From a plasmid, in the sequence record NZ_CP015284.1: 64,000 bases of DNA; one strand, 5' to 3'. Below are positions 37,491 to 47,009 of the stretch, one piece after another. The notes beneath the pieces are model-generated. The model made no database searches, was not told the origin of the DNA, and worked only from the letters and a program-made list of their open reading frames with translations. The translations under genes and the position numbers were made by a program. Within the stretch, counting starts at the first letter, position 1, and every line of letters begins with the position of its first letter.

Positions 37491-37733
37491 AGGCTTAGCT
37501 CAGTAATAGCAAGGGGTTCAGGAGTTCTACTACTTAAACTATAATTAACTACTTAGTTACTATTATTAACCACTTAATACTACTTAATACTATTTAAACT
37601 ATTATTACTAAATGTTCTTAATCATAATTGAAACCATAAAATAAAAAAAATTCTTTAAAAAAGATACAACTCATATAAAGAATAAAAAGTGTAGAAATAC
37701 CTACACTTTTGTATGATATAACATAAAGTTTTC

Positions 37734-38258
37734 CTACTTAAAGCTCATCTCAGTTTCTACTAATGTGTTAAACAACTCCTTTTGTTCTGGATCTAGAAGT
37801 TGGTACACATGGTCTAACATTTCAGTGAATAGCTTATCAGAACCACCGCGTTTAGGATAATTGCCATTTTCTCCTTTAAGGTCTTTTTTGTTTAAAACAG
37901 CTCTTAATGCAGAAAAACGTGACATTGATAATTGTGTCATATTGAGATTTGCACGTGATTTTTCTTCCACTGTTTTAGCTGGTTCCAGTTTTGTAGGAAG
38001 TTTATTTTTTTCTTTTTTCTGAGTGACATCGTTTACTTTTTTAGGGGCAACAGCAGCTTTTTTTGGTTCTACACTTTCTTCAGTTAGATAAGCAATATCA
38101 TGCTTTTCCTTAAGTTTATCAATTACTACTTCTTCAATTTCTTTCCCTTTAAAAAAGCGTTCAAATAATTCTTTAGCTGCTGTTCGGTCATTTGATTCAA
38201 CAGCCGTTAAAAGGTTATTAAAATTTCTTTGTTGGATTGTATTAAGCTTTTTCGCCAT
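37734..38258 (-). CDS. Small partition partner protein (ParB/ParG-like, type Ib), 174 aa from MAKKLN
   Basis: Overlaps the parA stop by 17 nt. RBS tggagaacacaATG. Confidence 0.5.
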   Translation of the reverse strand: MAKKLNTIQQRNFNNLLTAVESNDRTAAKELFERFFKGKEIEEVVIDKLKEKHDIAYLTEESVEPKKAAVAPKKVNDVTQKKEKNKLPTKLEPAKTVEEKSRANLNMTQLSMSRFSALRAVLNKKDLKGENGNYPKRGGSDKLFTEMLDHVYQLLDPEQKELFNTLVETEMSFK

Positions 38259-39072
38259 TGTGTTCTCCAATCGTCTTAATTAGTTCTTTCATAACATTTG
38301 TGATTTGTTTTTTAGGGATGCTATAGCCACTATTTCTGAAAACATTTGCTTGATTAGCAATCATATCTTTGTATTGTTTATTATTAAACAAGTATTGGTC
38401 AAAAACCTTGGTATTATGCTCTTCAGCAATTTCTTCAAGAGTTGCTACTGCTTCTCTTGCTTTGATTTGTTTAATTGATTTTTTACCAAAGCCTGGCCCT
38501 TTATCAACCTGAGTTATAACGATTCCAGCTATAACAATATCAATTCCAAAGAAAGAGAACCCTTCTTGAACAGCTTCAATATCTTCGATTGTATCTTTTA
38601 CACCTTCAATACCAAACTTATCAGGTGTTGTAGGAATAAGAACGAAAACTTTCGAATTTGTAAAAAGAGAACTTGTTGTAGAAACACCAAAAAAAGGAGG
38701 TGTATCAAAAAGTACAAAATCGTAATAGTCATTGATATCTTGTACAACATTTCTTAAACGAAAATCTCTATCTTTTAGTCCTGATGCTTCACTCTCCCAG
38801 TTTTTCATAAGCTTACTTCCAGGAAGCAAATCATAACCGTCAACTGGCACAATGGCATCAGCTACTTCTACTTCTTTTTTTAGTACATCATAAATTCCTT
38901 TATGTTCTTCTTCGTTTACTCCTGCCGCTGTAGTAAGATTGCATTGACCATCAAGATCTCCTGCACAAGTTTTATAGCCAGCGTCTCCTAGAGCTTGAGC
39001 CAGTAATACAGTTAAAGTTGTTTTTGAGGCTCCTCCTTTCTCGTCCATCATTATGACTGTATTTGCAACCAT
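38242..39072 (-). CDS. parA: ParA/Soj-family partition ATPase
   Basis: Deviant Walker A MMDEKGGASKTT. Start taken at ATG 39072 with an aaaggag RBS. Confidence 0.85.
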   Translation of the reverse strand: MVANTVIMMDEKGGASKTTLTVLLAQALGDAGYKTCAGDLDGQCNLTTAAGVNEEEHKGIYDVLKKEVEVADAIVPVDGYDLLPGSKLMKNWESEASGLKDRDFRLRNVVQDINDYYDFVLFDTPPFFGVSTTSSLFTNSKVFVLIPTTPDKFGIEGVKDTIEDIEAVQEGFSFFGIDIVIAGIVITQVDKGPGFGKKSIKQIKAREAVATLEEIAEEHNTKVFDQYLFNNKQYKDMIANQANVFRNSGYSIPKKQITNVMKELIKTIGEHNGEKA

Positions 39073-39099
39073 AGAAACTCCTTTCAATCCATTATGTAC

Positions 39100-40050
39100 G
39101 ATACACTATGTATAACAAAACGATACATATTATTAACTATTTAAAGTATACCATATAGAAATCTAATAGCAAGTATTATGTAAGATATATCGTAAATAAT
39201 ACAATATACACTATGTATAGCTTATAATGGATTATTGATAATAAGCGTGTTACGCATTAGCTAATACATAGTGTATCGTTTACAATATACTATTTAAAAA
39301 GAAAGCATATGACATATCAAAACTAGACAAGAATAAAACACGATACATTATATAAAATAAACGATGTATCTTATAGATATATAAGATACATATGGTAATG
39401 ATAGATAGGATATATTACTATATTCAAGTTTCCTTCAAGCATTACACATTACACTATACATAACATCACTATATATAGTGTAGTGTAAAAAAGAAATTGC
39501 ACTTTTTTAGTGTACTATAGACGATGTAATATATATCGTTAAATGATATATTGCTAAGTATTATATAGTATACCTTTCATACACTCCTTTATTATAATAA
39601 AGGAGAATATTTTTATTACAACACGATACATAATACATTATGTAGTGTGAATAATATATAGCTTTTGTATTTATCGTATATAGTAGGTAATATACGATAC
39701 ATTATTATAGTGTACTATAGACGATGTAAGATATATTGTTAAATAATGTATTGCTAGGTATTATATCGTATATCTTTCATCCATTCCCTTAATATACTAA
39801 ATAAGAATAGTTGTATTATAATACGTTACACGATACATTATGTAATGTGAATATTGTATAGTACTATCTGTTATCGTATATAATAGATAATATAAGATAT
39901 ATATTGTACGATACATTAAAGAACTATATATGATTATGTTCTTATTGGGTTATAAGTTATATTTAAAATTAGTATAAATGTTGTTCTATGTTGTTTACGA
40001 TACAAGATACATAGTTTAACAATGTATCTTGTATTCCTTTATGATGTTTG
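39100..40050. repeat. AT-rich repeat array directly upstream of parA: two tandem about 190-bp units (39510..39690, 39700..39880) and at least 8 copies of ACGATACAT/ATGTATCGT. Candidate centromere/operator.
   Basis: Repeats read directly from the sequence. The same 9-mer also occurs next to the two attenuator hairpins (3372..3396, 42091..42108). Confidence 0.55.
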
Positions 40051-40224
40051 ACACTTCGCTTATTACGATTGGCGAACTATACATAATGTGTTGTAAACAT
40101 ATAGATTATGTATAGTATATAATGTAATGAAAAATAGTATATATAGTTATAATTTCGAATAACGATAAACTTGTAATGTTAGTAGCTCTTTGCTATACTA
40201 AAGTCATAAATAATTATATTTATA

Positions 40225-40739
40225 TTTTCACCACCTCAAATGGTGAACCTTTGGTCACGTGACTAAAGAAAAGAGAAGCATGGAGGAGGATATGTCATTA
40301 CTGGTTCTGTCCCAGCAATAGGCATACCATGTTTTATAATGGGTTAAAAGGGAGCGTACTCGCTTTTAGCTATCAGTTAAGTCATCAGACAGAAGAAGAG
40401 GCTTAACGCTTATAACAGGTACGAGAAATTGCTTTTCTGACTTTGAAAGGCTACAACAAACGTTATTAGCAACTAAGCATAACGAGAAGTTTATCCTATG
40501 GTTTGCCATAGGCACGCGCAACCTTGTTTTTTGAGACAAGGCTTGCCGGCTTCTTTGTTATGCTTTTTTTGTTTTGAGTTTGGGTAGACAGACAAAAAAG
40601 GGAGGCGACATCTCGATGATTAGAGGTGAGGAACAGGTGTTCCCAACTCTAACTTGTCGGCATACGGAGGAAGGGCTACGAATCAGTATTCGAGGCTTTC
40701 CAAGGTCACTTTACAACAACAATTTTTAAGGAGAAAAAA
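40225..40739 (+). promoter_or_regulatory. About 515-bp structured leader upstream of the rightward operon (inverted partner of 9618..10135)
   Basis: See the partner leader. Contains the palindrome ggtcacgtgacta and the uORF ATGTCATTACTGGTTCTGTCCCAGCAATAG preceded by ggaggagg. Confidence 0.6.
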
Positions 40740-42065
40740 ATGACAAAATTAATCACTATTGGAAATCAAGAGTTAATTCGTGTTGGGCGAGATTACCCTT
40801 GTCCTATTTGTGGGAAACCAGATTGGTGTTTGTTGTTCGCAGATCAATCTAAAGCAGTTTGTGCAAGAAAAATTGACCCAGACAAACCACAATTTGGTAG
40901 TGCTGGGACAATTTATGAATTGGACCCTAAAAAAGCGAAAGAGGTGACTTTTGAACCAAGTTGGAAAAGTCAGCCTTTGGCAAGTATCTCAACACTTCAC
41001 AAGGTAAATTCTCTTGTGATTGATGTGTTAGGATTGACTAAGGAACATGTCGAGCACTTAACAAGTGCGGAACGAGGTCTTTCTGTTGAGACCATTGCAC
41101 TGCGTGGTTACGCTTCATCAACAAAGCAAACACGTCAGAAGCAGGTTGATACAACAGTATCTCATCCAGCAACTATTTGGGAAAAGCTCTTTGTTGCTAA
41201 TGGGCTTCCTAAAGATGCATGGCGTGGAGTGCCTGGCTTCTACTGGAATGAAAACGCAAAATGTCCTATTTTTGAATCAAAAGATGGAATTCTAATTCCA
41301 TGTCGCAATTCTTGGGGACAAATTGTAGGTTTTCAAGTACGTCTTGATAACGTTAGTTATCAAGCCAAAGTAAACGAAGCCTTTCAAGAGGGACGAAATG
41401 CACGTACTGCTAAGGTCTTCCAAAATGACGACGGAAGTTTCGATTGGTATGTGTTTGCTAAAGGTTCATCACACGAACTAGCAAGTGGGACAACTAAGGA
41501 AACTAGTGTTAAACTTCGTTCTGGACTTGAGTTGACATTTAAAAAAGGGCAAAAATATGTCTTTGTTTCGTCAGCATATAAACCAGAAGGAACGAGTGCT
41601 AAGTCCTTTCCCCATTTTGCTTATTCTGATGAAGTCTTAGAACAAGCACGCTTTTCTGAAGAAGGTAAGGCAAAAGTCAATCTTATGAGTAAGGTTGATA
41701 ACCTTCTAGTTACTGAAGGTCTGCTTAAAGGAGATATCACCGCGTCAGTTGCGAAAAACACTCGTCTTTCTCAATTGGGGAATATCTGTGTTATCTCTAT
41801 GGCAGGAGTAGCAGCATGGCGTCCTATCTCGGACTTTATCGGAAAGACTGAACTCAAAAAGGTTAAACCAATTTATCTTGCATTTGACCAAGACTTTGAG
41901 GATAATGACTCGGTATTTGAACGCATGTATGACATGGTTCAAGATCTAGTTACTAAGCAGTCTTGTACGGTTCGTGCTCTAATCTGGCCTCGCGAAAAGG
42001 GAATTGATGATTTCCTTTTGAAAGCATCCCCAGAAGAAAAGATTAAGTTTAAAACTTATCAATGA
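40740..42065 (+). CDS. DNA primase (zinc-finger plus Toprim, plasmid/phage type)
   Basis: N-terminal CPICGKPDWC..C zinc-ribbon-like segment. C-terminal LLVTEGLLKGD (Toprim Glu) and AFDQDFEDND (DxD). Confidence 0.7.
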   Translation: MTKLITIGNQELIRVGRDYPCPICGKPDWCLLFADQSKAVCARKIDPDKPQFGSAGTIYELDPKKAKEVTFEPSWKSQPLASISTLHKVNSLVIDVLGLTKEHVEHLTSAERGLSVETIALRGYASSTKQTRQKQVDTTVSHPATIWEKLFVANGLPKDAWRGVPGFYWNENAKCPIFESKDGILIPCRNSWGQIVGFQVRLDNVSYQAKVNEAFQEGRNARTAKVFQNDDGSFDWYVFAKGSSHELASGTTKETSVKLRSGLELTFKKGQKYVFVSSAYKPEGTSAKSFPHFAYSDEVLEQARFSEEGKAKVNLMSKVDNLLVTEGLLKGDITASVAKNTRLSQLGNICVISMAGVAAWRPISDFIGKTELKKVKPIYLAFDQDFEDNDSVFERMYDMVQDLVTKQSCTVRALIWPREKGIDDFLLKASPEEKIKFKTYQ

Positions 42066-42113
42066 TATAACGCAATATATAGTATGATATACATCGTATA
42101 TCGTACATATAAG

Positions 42114-42153
42114 AGAAAGAGGAAGGTAGTAACCCTAGGCTACACCTTCCTCT
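42114..42153 (+). terminator. Hairpin plus T-run attenuator immediately before the RBS of the next gene (inverted copy of 3322..3361)
   Basis: aaagaggaaggtagtaaccctaggctacaccttcctctttttctatggaggagaaaaacaATG. Confidence 0.6.
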
Positions 42154-42175
42154 TTTTCTATGGAGGAGAAAAACA

Positions 42176-43639
42176 ATGACAAATTTACTAACAGCAGCAC
42201 AAAAAACTGCTAAAAAAGTCACTTTTCCCAAGATAAAAGAGACTGATAAAGCTGCAGATATCGTGAGAAAGTTTTGTACTTACTATGCGAATATTCGTAG
42301 ATATCAATGTCAGGAACTTTTATCTCAAGAAGTCGGAGCACTAGCAGTAGAGGTATTTGGACAGGATAATGTTTACACAGCCTATAAAGTCAAAGACATC
42401 ATGGCTGATATCGAAACCATTGGCTATGATCAAGCTCATTTTTCGAATCAACTAAAAAGACTGTTCGAGGGCTTGAGCTTGAGGGATGAAGAAAATCAAG
42501 AACACCTTTTCGGTGAACAGATTCTTCTCACATTAGATGGAAGTAGATTACCTGCTACTAAAACTGCAGAAGACACCAAACGCACTTTGTATCTTCTCAT
42601 TGTCGACGATTCAAAGGTTAGAGTACCTTTGAAGAAAAACCTAAGTTTTTGGAGAGAGAGAAATTCACAAACAAGGTATGGACTAGTATCTTTTAGCTTT
42701 CTTGAATTGATGTCTATCCATAGTGAAGGTATCTACAAGGAATGTAGTTATTATGGAAATATCCAAAAGATAGCTAACGTTCTAAAAAGAGAGTATGAAG
42801 ATGCTCTTGCAGCTAACCTAAATGCACAATATGTTAATCAGTCAACTAAGACGATAGCCAGTGTGCGTGAGGATAAAATCTTTCAAGATCATGAAATGAA
42901 CAGTAATACGTCATTTCTTGATTTAGGGTTTTCGAAAGTTGAAGTGGATACCGAGCGTTATCGAGGTAGTGATTTTGACAAGGAGAAATTCAAGGTTCTA
43001 GAGAACGAATGGGAGAAGTTGTGTAATCACTTACCTCATTCTACTGTAGAACCCGAACTCAAATTCCGGAAGCTAGGAAAACATAAAGCAAGCGGACTTT
43101 ATGTGCCAGGGTTAAATATCATGGCAGTTGATGTAAGAGATTCCTCATCCTTCATCCATGAGTATGGTCATTATTTAGACTATACGTATGATAAAGCTGG
43201 AATCATTAGTTCTACGTCTCATAGCTTTAAAGATATTCGTTATATCTACAAGGCTAGCTTGCTGAAACTTATTCAAATAGCTGAGGAAAGCAGAACGGAC
43301 TTAGCTCAAGCTGTTCATATTAAGAAGAAGTTGGATTATTATTTGACACCGACTGAAGTGTTTGCACGTGGCTTTGAATGGTGGGTTTTTGAAACTTATA
43401 CCAAAGATTCAGAACTGCTATCTGATGAAGCTACTTACTATACTCGATTAGAGTATAGGGCTTTGAGGCAATGTCGACACCTTTTGTTTGCATTTTTTGA
43501 CACGTTCTTTGAGAACTATCGTGCAATGCAACCTATTTATAAGGTTGAGAAGGAGCCAAAAACACTAGTAGCTTGTCGAAAGCCACTTGAAGATAAACCA
43601 ACAACTGAAGGAGAACAGTTAAGCTTGTTTGAGTTCTGA
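42176..43639 (+). CDS. Zincin-like (HExxH) protein with a C-terminal beta-clamp-binding-like motif
   Basis: IHEYGHYLDY followed by a downstream Glu (TEVFARGFEWW). C-terminus ...EGEQLSLFEF (QLSLF). Confidence 0.55.
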   Translation: MTNLLTAAQKTAKKVTFPKIKETDKAADIVRKFCTYYANIRRYQCQELLSQEVGALAVEVFGQDNVYTAYKVKDIMADIETIGYDQAHFSNQLKRLFEGLSLRDEENQEHLFGEQILLTLDGSRLPATKTAEDTKRTLYLLIVDDSKVRVPLKKNLSFWRERNSQTRYGLVSFSFLELMSIHSEGIYKECSYYGNIQKIANVLKREYEDALAANLNAQYVNQSTKTIASVREDKIFQDHEMNSNTSFLDLGFSKVEVDTERYRGSDFDKEKFKVLENEWEKLCNHLPHSTVEPELKFRKLGKHKASGLYVPGLNIMAVDVRDSSSFIHEYGHYLDYTYDKAGIISSTSHSFKDIRYIYKASLLKLIQIAEESRTDLAQAVHIKKKLDYYLTPTEVFARGFEWWVFETYTKDSELLSDEATYYTRLEYRALRQCRHLLFAFFDTFFENYRAMQPIYKVEKEPKTLVACRKPLEDKPTTEGEQLSLFEF

Positions 43640-43652
43640 GAGGAGAAAAACA

Positions 43653-44033
43653 ATGACTGAAATGACGGTCAAAAAGTATTTGGAACCTTATTACACTTTA
43701 GATAGAGTGGCATTAGGTTCAATACTAGAAACAGCTAGGAAAGAATTAGATAGACCTCTATCTCTTCAAGATGTTGCAAATAGAATTGGGGTTTTTAAAG
43801 GAACTGTCAATAATTATGAAAAAGGACGGTCTATTCCTAAAGAACCACAATTTTCGATGCTTTGTAAACTGTATAAAATTGATAAGGTTGACCTTATCAA
43901 TAAAACTACAATTCTTGATAGAGATAAGGTTCTTTCCAAACGTTACGAATTGTTGAGTACGATTCGTGAATTGCAGAAAGAAGCTGCAGAGTTAAAGCTG
44001 TTACTAGAAACTGAAAAAGGAGAAAAACAATGA
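43653..44033 (+). CDS. XRE-family HTH transcriptional regulator (126 aa from MTEMTV)
   Basis: LSLQDVANRIGVFKGTVNNYEKGRSIP helix-turn-helix. RBS gaggagaaaaacaATG. Confidence 0.65.
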   Translation: MTEMTVKKYLEPYYTLDRVALGSILETARKELDRPLSLQDVANRIGVFKGTVNNYEKGRSIPKEPQFSMLCKLYKIDKVDLINKTTILDRDKVLSKRYELLSTIRELQKEAAELKLLLETEKGEKQ

Positions 44034-44812
44034 TTGTAAACAATATTTTAAAAGAAGCTATCGATAATAATATCCAAGATATTACCTTCTTCCCACATGG
44101 TGAAGATTACGAGGTAGCATTTAGAACTGCTGATGTTAAACAGGTCCATGACTTCATTTCATCAGAAGATGCGGATGCTCTATTTGGTCATATTAAATTT
44201 ATAGCTGAAATGGACTTAACAGAAAAACGTTGTAGTCAGGTAAGAACTTGTGACTATGAGTTGGACGATGGTAGAGTTATTACCATTAGGATATCGACGA
44301 TAGTTAATTTTCAAGGACTAGAAACGATGTCTATCCGACTTATTCATGTGAATGAACGACGAATTTCTTTGAGTGAGTTTGATAGTAGTTGTATGGAAGA
44401 AGTGCTTAAACAAGTACGCATTCCAGGCTTACATGTCATTACTGGTCCTGTAGGTGTCGGCAAAACGACTTTAGCTTACTCGTTACTTGCTGAAGCTTTT
44501 AAAGAAGGTAAAGTAATGACAATTGAAAGACATGTCGAGATAAAAGATGTATCTTTTTGCCAGCTACAAGTCAATAAGGCTAACGGTATGGAACTGGAAA
44601 AGCTCGTGACTTTTGTATTACGCTTCAACCCTGACGTCTTGTTCATTGGTGAAGCTAATACACAAGAAGAAGTAGAAGCAGTACTTAAGGCTGTTTCTGC
44701 AGGATTAAGTGTCGTTACAACAGTTCATAAAGATGGCTTTTCAATCCCACATGATGTTTTAGAAATGAAACAAGGAAAAGATGGGAAACGAAATGTAGCT
44801 TTGATTAAATAG
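44030..44812 (+). CDS. Small PilT/VirB11/GspE-like P-loop ATPase (260 aa)
   Basis: Walker A ITGPVGVGKTTL. RFNPDVLFIGEANTQEE (Asp box / Walker B region) and SVVTTVHKDG (His box). Confidence 0.6.
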   Translation: MIVNNILKEAIDNNIQDITFFPHGEDYEVAFRTADVKQVHDFISSEDADALFGHIKFIAEMDLTEKRCSQVRTCDYELDDGRVITIRISTIVNFQGLETMSIRLIHVNERRISLSEFDSSCMEEVLKQVRIPGLHVITGPVGVGKTTLAYSLLAEAFKEGKVMTIERHVEIKDVSFCQLQVNKANGMELEKLVTFVLRFNPDVLFIGEANTQEEVEAVLKAVSAGLSVVTTVHKDGFSIPHDVLEMKQGKDGKRNVALIK

Positions 44813-44824
44813 AGGAGAAAAACA

Positions 44825-45286
44825 ATGACGATGGAAATTAATGATTTTGACCGCTTCATGGCAGTAAGCCATTTTGATGATGAAATGGCGGAAGCTCACA
44901 CACCGACTGAGGATGCTATTCATAATTGGGTAGTTGATAATCAAGAGGATGATGAGCTGATTGCTGGGATTCTCAAACATCTTGATCGTACGATTAAGGA
45001 TGCTATGGCTTACTGCATCAGAAAAGCCAGTAAATCTGACTATAGAGAGGGTCAGGGTGCTATGGTTGATGATGCCACAGTCTTTTCTTGGGTTAAAGAG
45101 TATTTTACCGCTGAAAAGGTTGAGACTAAACCAGTTGTAGGTAAAATGACTACTGGTAGTAAGAAATCAACCAAGCAACCAACGAAGAAGCCAAAAAAGA
45201 AAAAACCAACTAAGAAAACTCCTGAAAAGGATGAGAAACAGTTAGATCTTTTTTCGGATTTATCTATTGAAGAAGGCGAATTTTAA
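44825..45286 (+). CDS. Hypothetical protein with an acidic N-terminus, a K-rich tail and a terminal QLDLF motif
   Basis: C-terminus KKSTKQPTKKPKKKKPTKKTPEKDEKQLDLFSDLSIEEGEF. Confidence 0.55.
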   Translation: MTMEINDFDRFMAVSHFDDEMAEAHTPTEDAIHNWVVDNQEDDELIAGILKHLDRTIKDAMAYCIRKASKSDYREGQGAMVDDATVFSWVKEYFTAEKVETKPVVGKMTTGSKKSTKQPTKKPKKKKPTKKTPEKDEKQLDLFSDLSIEEGEF

Positions 45287-45308
45287 CAACAATAAATAGA
45301 AAAATGGT

Positions 45309-45335
45309 CCTAGGGCCATTTTTTATTAATTAAGG
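45309..45335 (+). terminator. Intergenic hairpin of the recurring family (aaaaatggtcctagggccatttttt)
   Basis: Stem-loop plus T-run, followed directly by the next RBS. Confidence 0.55.
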
Positions 45336-45345
45336 AGAAAAAACA

Positions 45346-46893
45346 ATGACAAAAGCAGAGAATATTCAAGAAATCGTAGATAATCGTTTAAAAGTTCCTA
45401 ACGGATTTTTCAAATGGGCGAAGAATGATTTTCCTATCTATGAATGGTCAAATAAGTCTAAGACAATTATCTCTTCCGACCGAAAAAAATTCTCGGAAAA
45501 GGTTACAAAACGTTTATCACTTAACAGCCGTTTAACCTTTGTAGGTGATACTTTTTACTATGTCTGGATGGGAGTCACAAAGAAACGTATTGAAATGCAG
45601 ATGTATTCTGTGACTCAATCCTTCGAAAAAGGAAAAGAAAAGTTCAAAGTCAGACTTTACAACTTTTATCAGCTTGCCAACAATAAGATTGTTAAAGCAC
45701 ACCGGGATCCATTTCTTTCAGCCCAAAAAGGTAAAGATATCTATAGAAGTGGATTCCAAAATCAGAGGAATGCTCTCTTTTTTGGTTCTGGTGCATTTAG
45801 TGTCTATACGCTTTATGGGGATATGGAAAGTCTTATTCAGAAATTACAAACAAAGTCTGAGTTGAGATATTTAGATTTTGGACAAGTGATTAAAGATAAT
45901 TTTGAGATAAGCTTAGTACTACCTCATCTCTATAAATATAGAGAACGCATTGAATTCGCTCAAAAAATCAAGGCGCGTGGAATCGTCAAAGACTTGGTGG
46001 GGTCTACTTTTTATAGGTCTTATTACTCATCTAGTCTAGGACATGGTCATGCAAATATGGGTAAGGTTACCATGAACTTTCTTAAAAGGAATAAACCGTT
46101 TCTAAAAAATACGGATATGAATGTTGAAAAGGCATTTTTTGAGGAAGATTTGCGTAAACGATATGGTCGAACTTTCAAGGGGTTATACGAGTTGCTTCCA
46201 AACGCTATGATTTCTGACAAGAAGCCACTAATTAAGCGTTTGGAAAGTATCTTACCATCCACTGTGAAACCAATTCGTTTTATTAACTGGATGATGAAAA
46301 ACAATATCTCCCTTCGTGATTATGAGGACTATCAAGAAATGGTAGAAGCTCTGGGAATTCCATTTGATGGAGATTATGTAGTTATCCCAAAAAATTGGGA
46401 AAACAAACATACAGAGATCGTAGAAAATTATTCAACTTTTCTCGAGAATCAACAAGCACGTGGTACATATTTACGTGTAACTAATGCTGTCAGAGATTTG
46501 AGAGCAGAGAAACAACGCCTTGAGGACGAAAAGAAAGAGGCGAAGTTGAGGGTTGAAACAGCTAAACGTTTGACAAACATGATGAAGGCTCAGACCGCAT
46601 TTGACAAGTATGCTTTTATCTTTCCTAAAGACGAAAGTGAAATTGTCAAAGAAGGCAAAACCCTACATCATTGTGTTGGAAGTTATGCAAAAAAACACTT
46701 TGTATACGGAACTTCTATTATTGTCTTTGTTCGTGATAAAGAACACAGAGAAACCCCTCTCTATACTCTTGAATTGAAGAACAATAGGATTATTCAACTG
46801 AAAGGAGAAAGGAACAAATCCGCAGATGAAGAGGCAAAGAAAGAAGCAGAACTATTTTTAGCCCATTGTGGAAAGCTTAACATTCAGTTTTAG
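45346..46893 (+). CDS. Hypothetical protein (515 aa); conserved C-terminal HHCVGSYAKKHFVYG block (PcfJ-like resemblance, tentative)
   Basis: ORF with RBS aaggagaaaaaacaATG. Confidence 0.5.
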   Translation: MTKAENIQEIVDNRLKVPNGFFKWAKNDFPIYEWSNKSKTIISSDRKKFSEKVTKRLSLNSRLTFVGDTFYYVWMGVTKKRIEMQMYSVTQSFEKGKEKFKVRLYNFYQLANNKIVKAHRDPFLSAQKGKDIYRSGFQNQRNALFFGSGAFSVYTLYGDMESLIQKLQTKSELRYLDFGQVIKDNFEISLVLPHLYKYRERIEFAQKIKARGIVKDLVGSTFYRSYYSSSLGHGHANMGKVTMNFLKRNKPFLKNTDMNVEKAFFEEDLRKRYGRTFKGLYELLPNAMISDKKPLIKRLESILPSTVKPIRFINWMMKNNISLRDYEDYQEMVEALGIPFDGDYVVIPKNWENKHTEIVENYSTFLENQQARGTYLRVTNAVRDLRAEKQRLEDEKKEAKLRVETAKRLTNMMKAQTAFDKYAFIFPKDESEIVKEGKTLHHCVGSYAKKHFVYGTSIIVFVRDKEHRETPLYTLELKNNRIIQLKGERNKSADEEAKKEAELFLAHCGKLNIQF

Positions 46894-47009
46894 ATAAGAG
46901 GAGAAAAATAGAATCGTCAATAGGTTATTAGTCAATCTCGAATTTTCTGTGCTATACTAAAGAAAACATTAGATGTATTCTCTAGTAAAATGCTGGGAGG
47001 ACAATAGTT

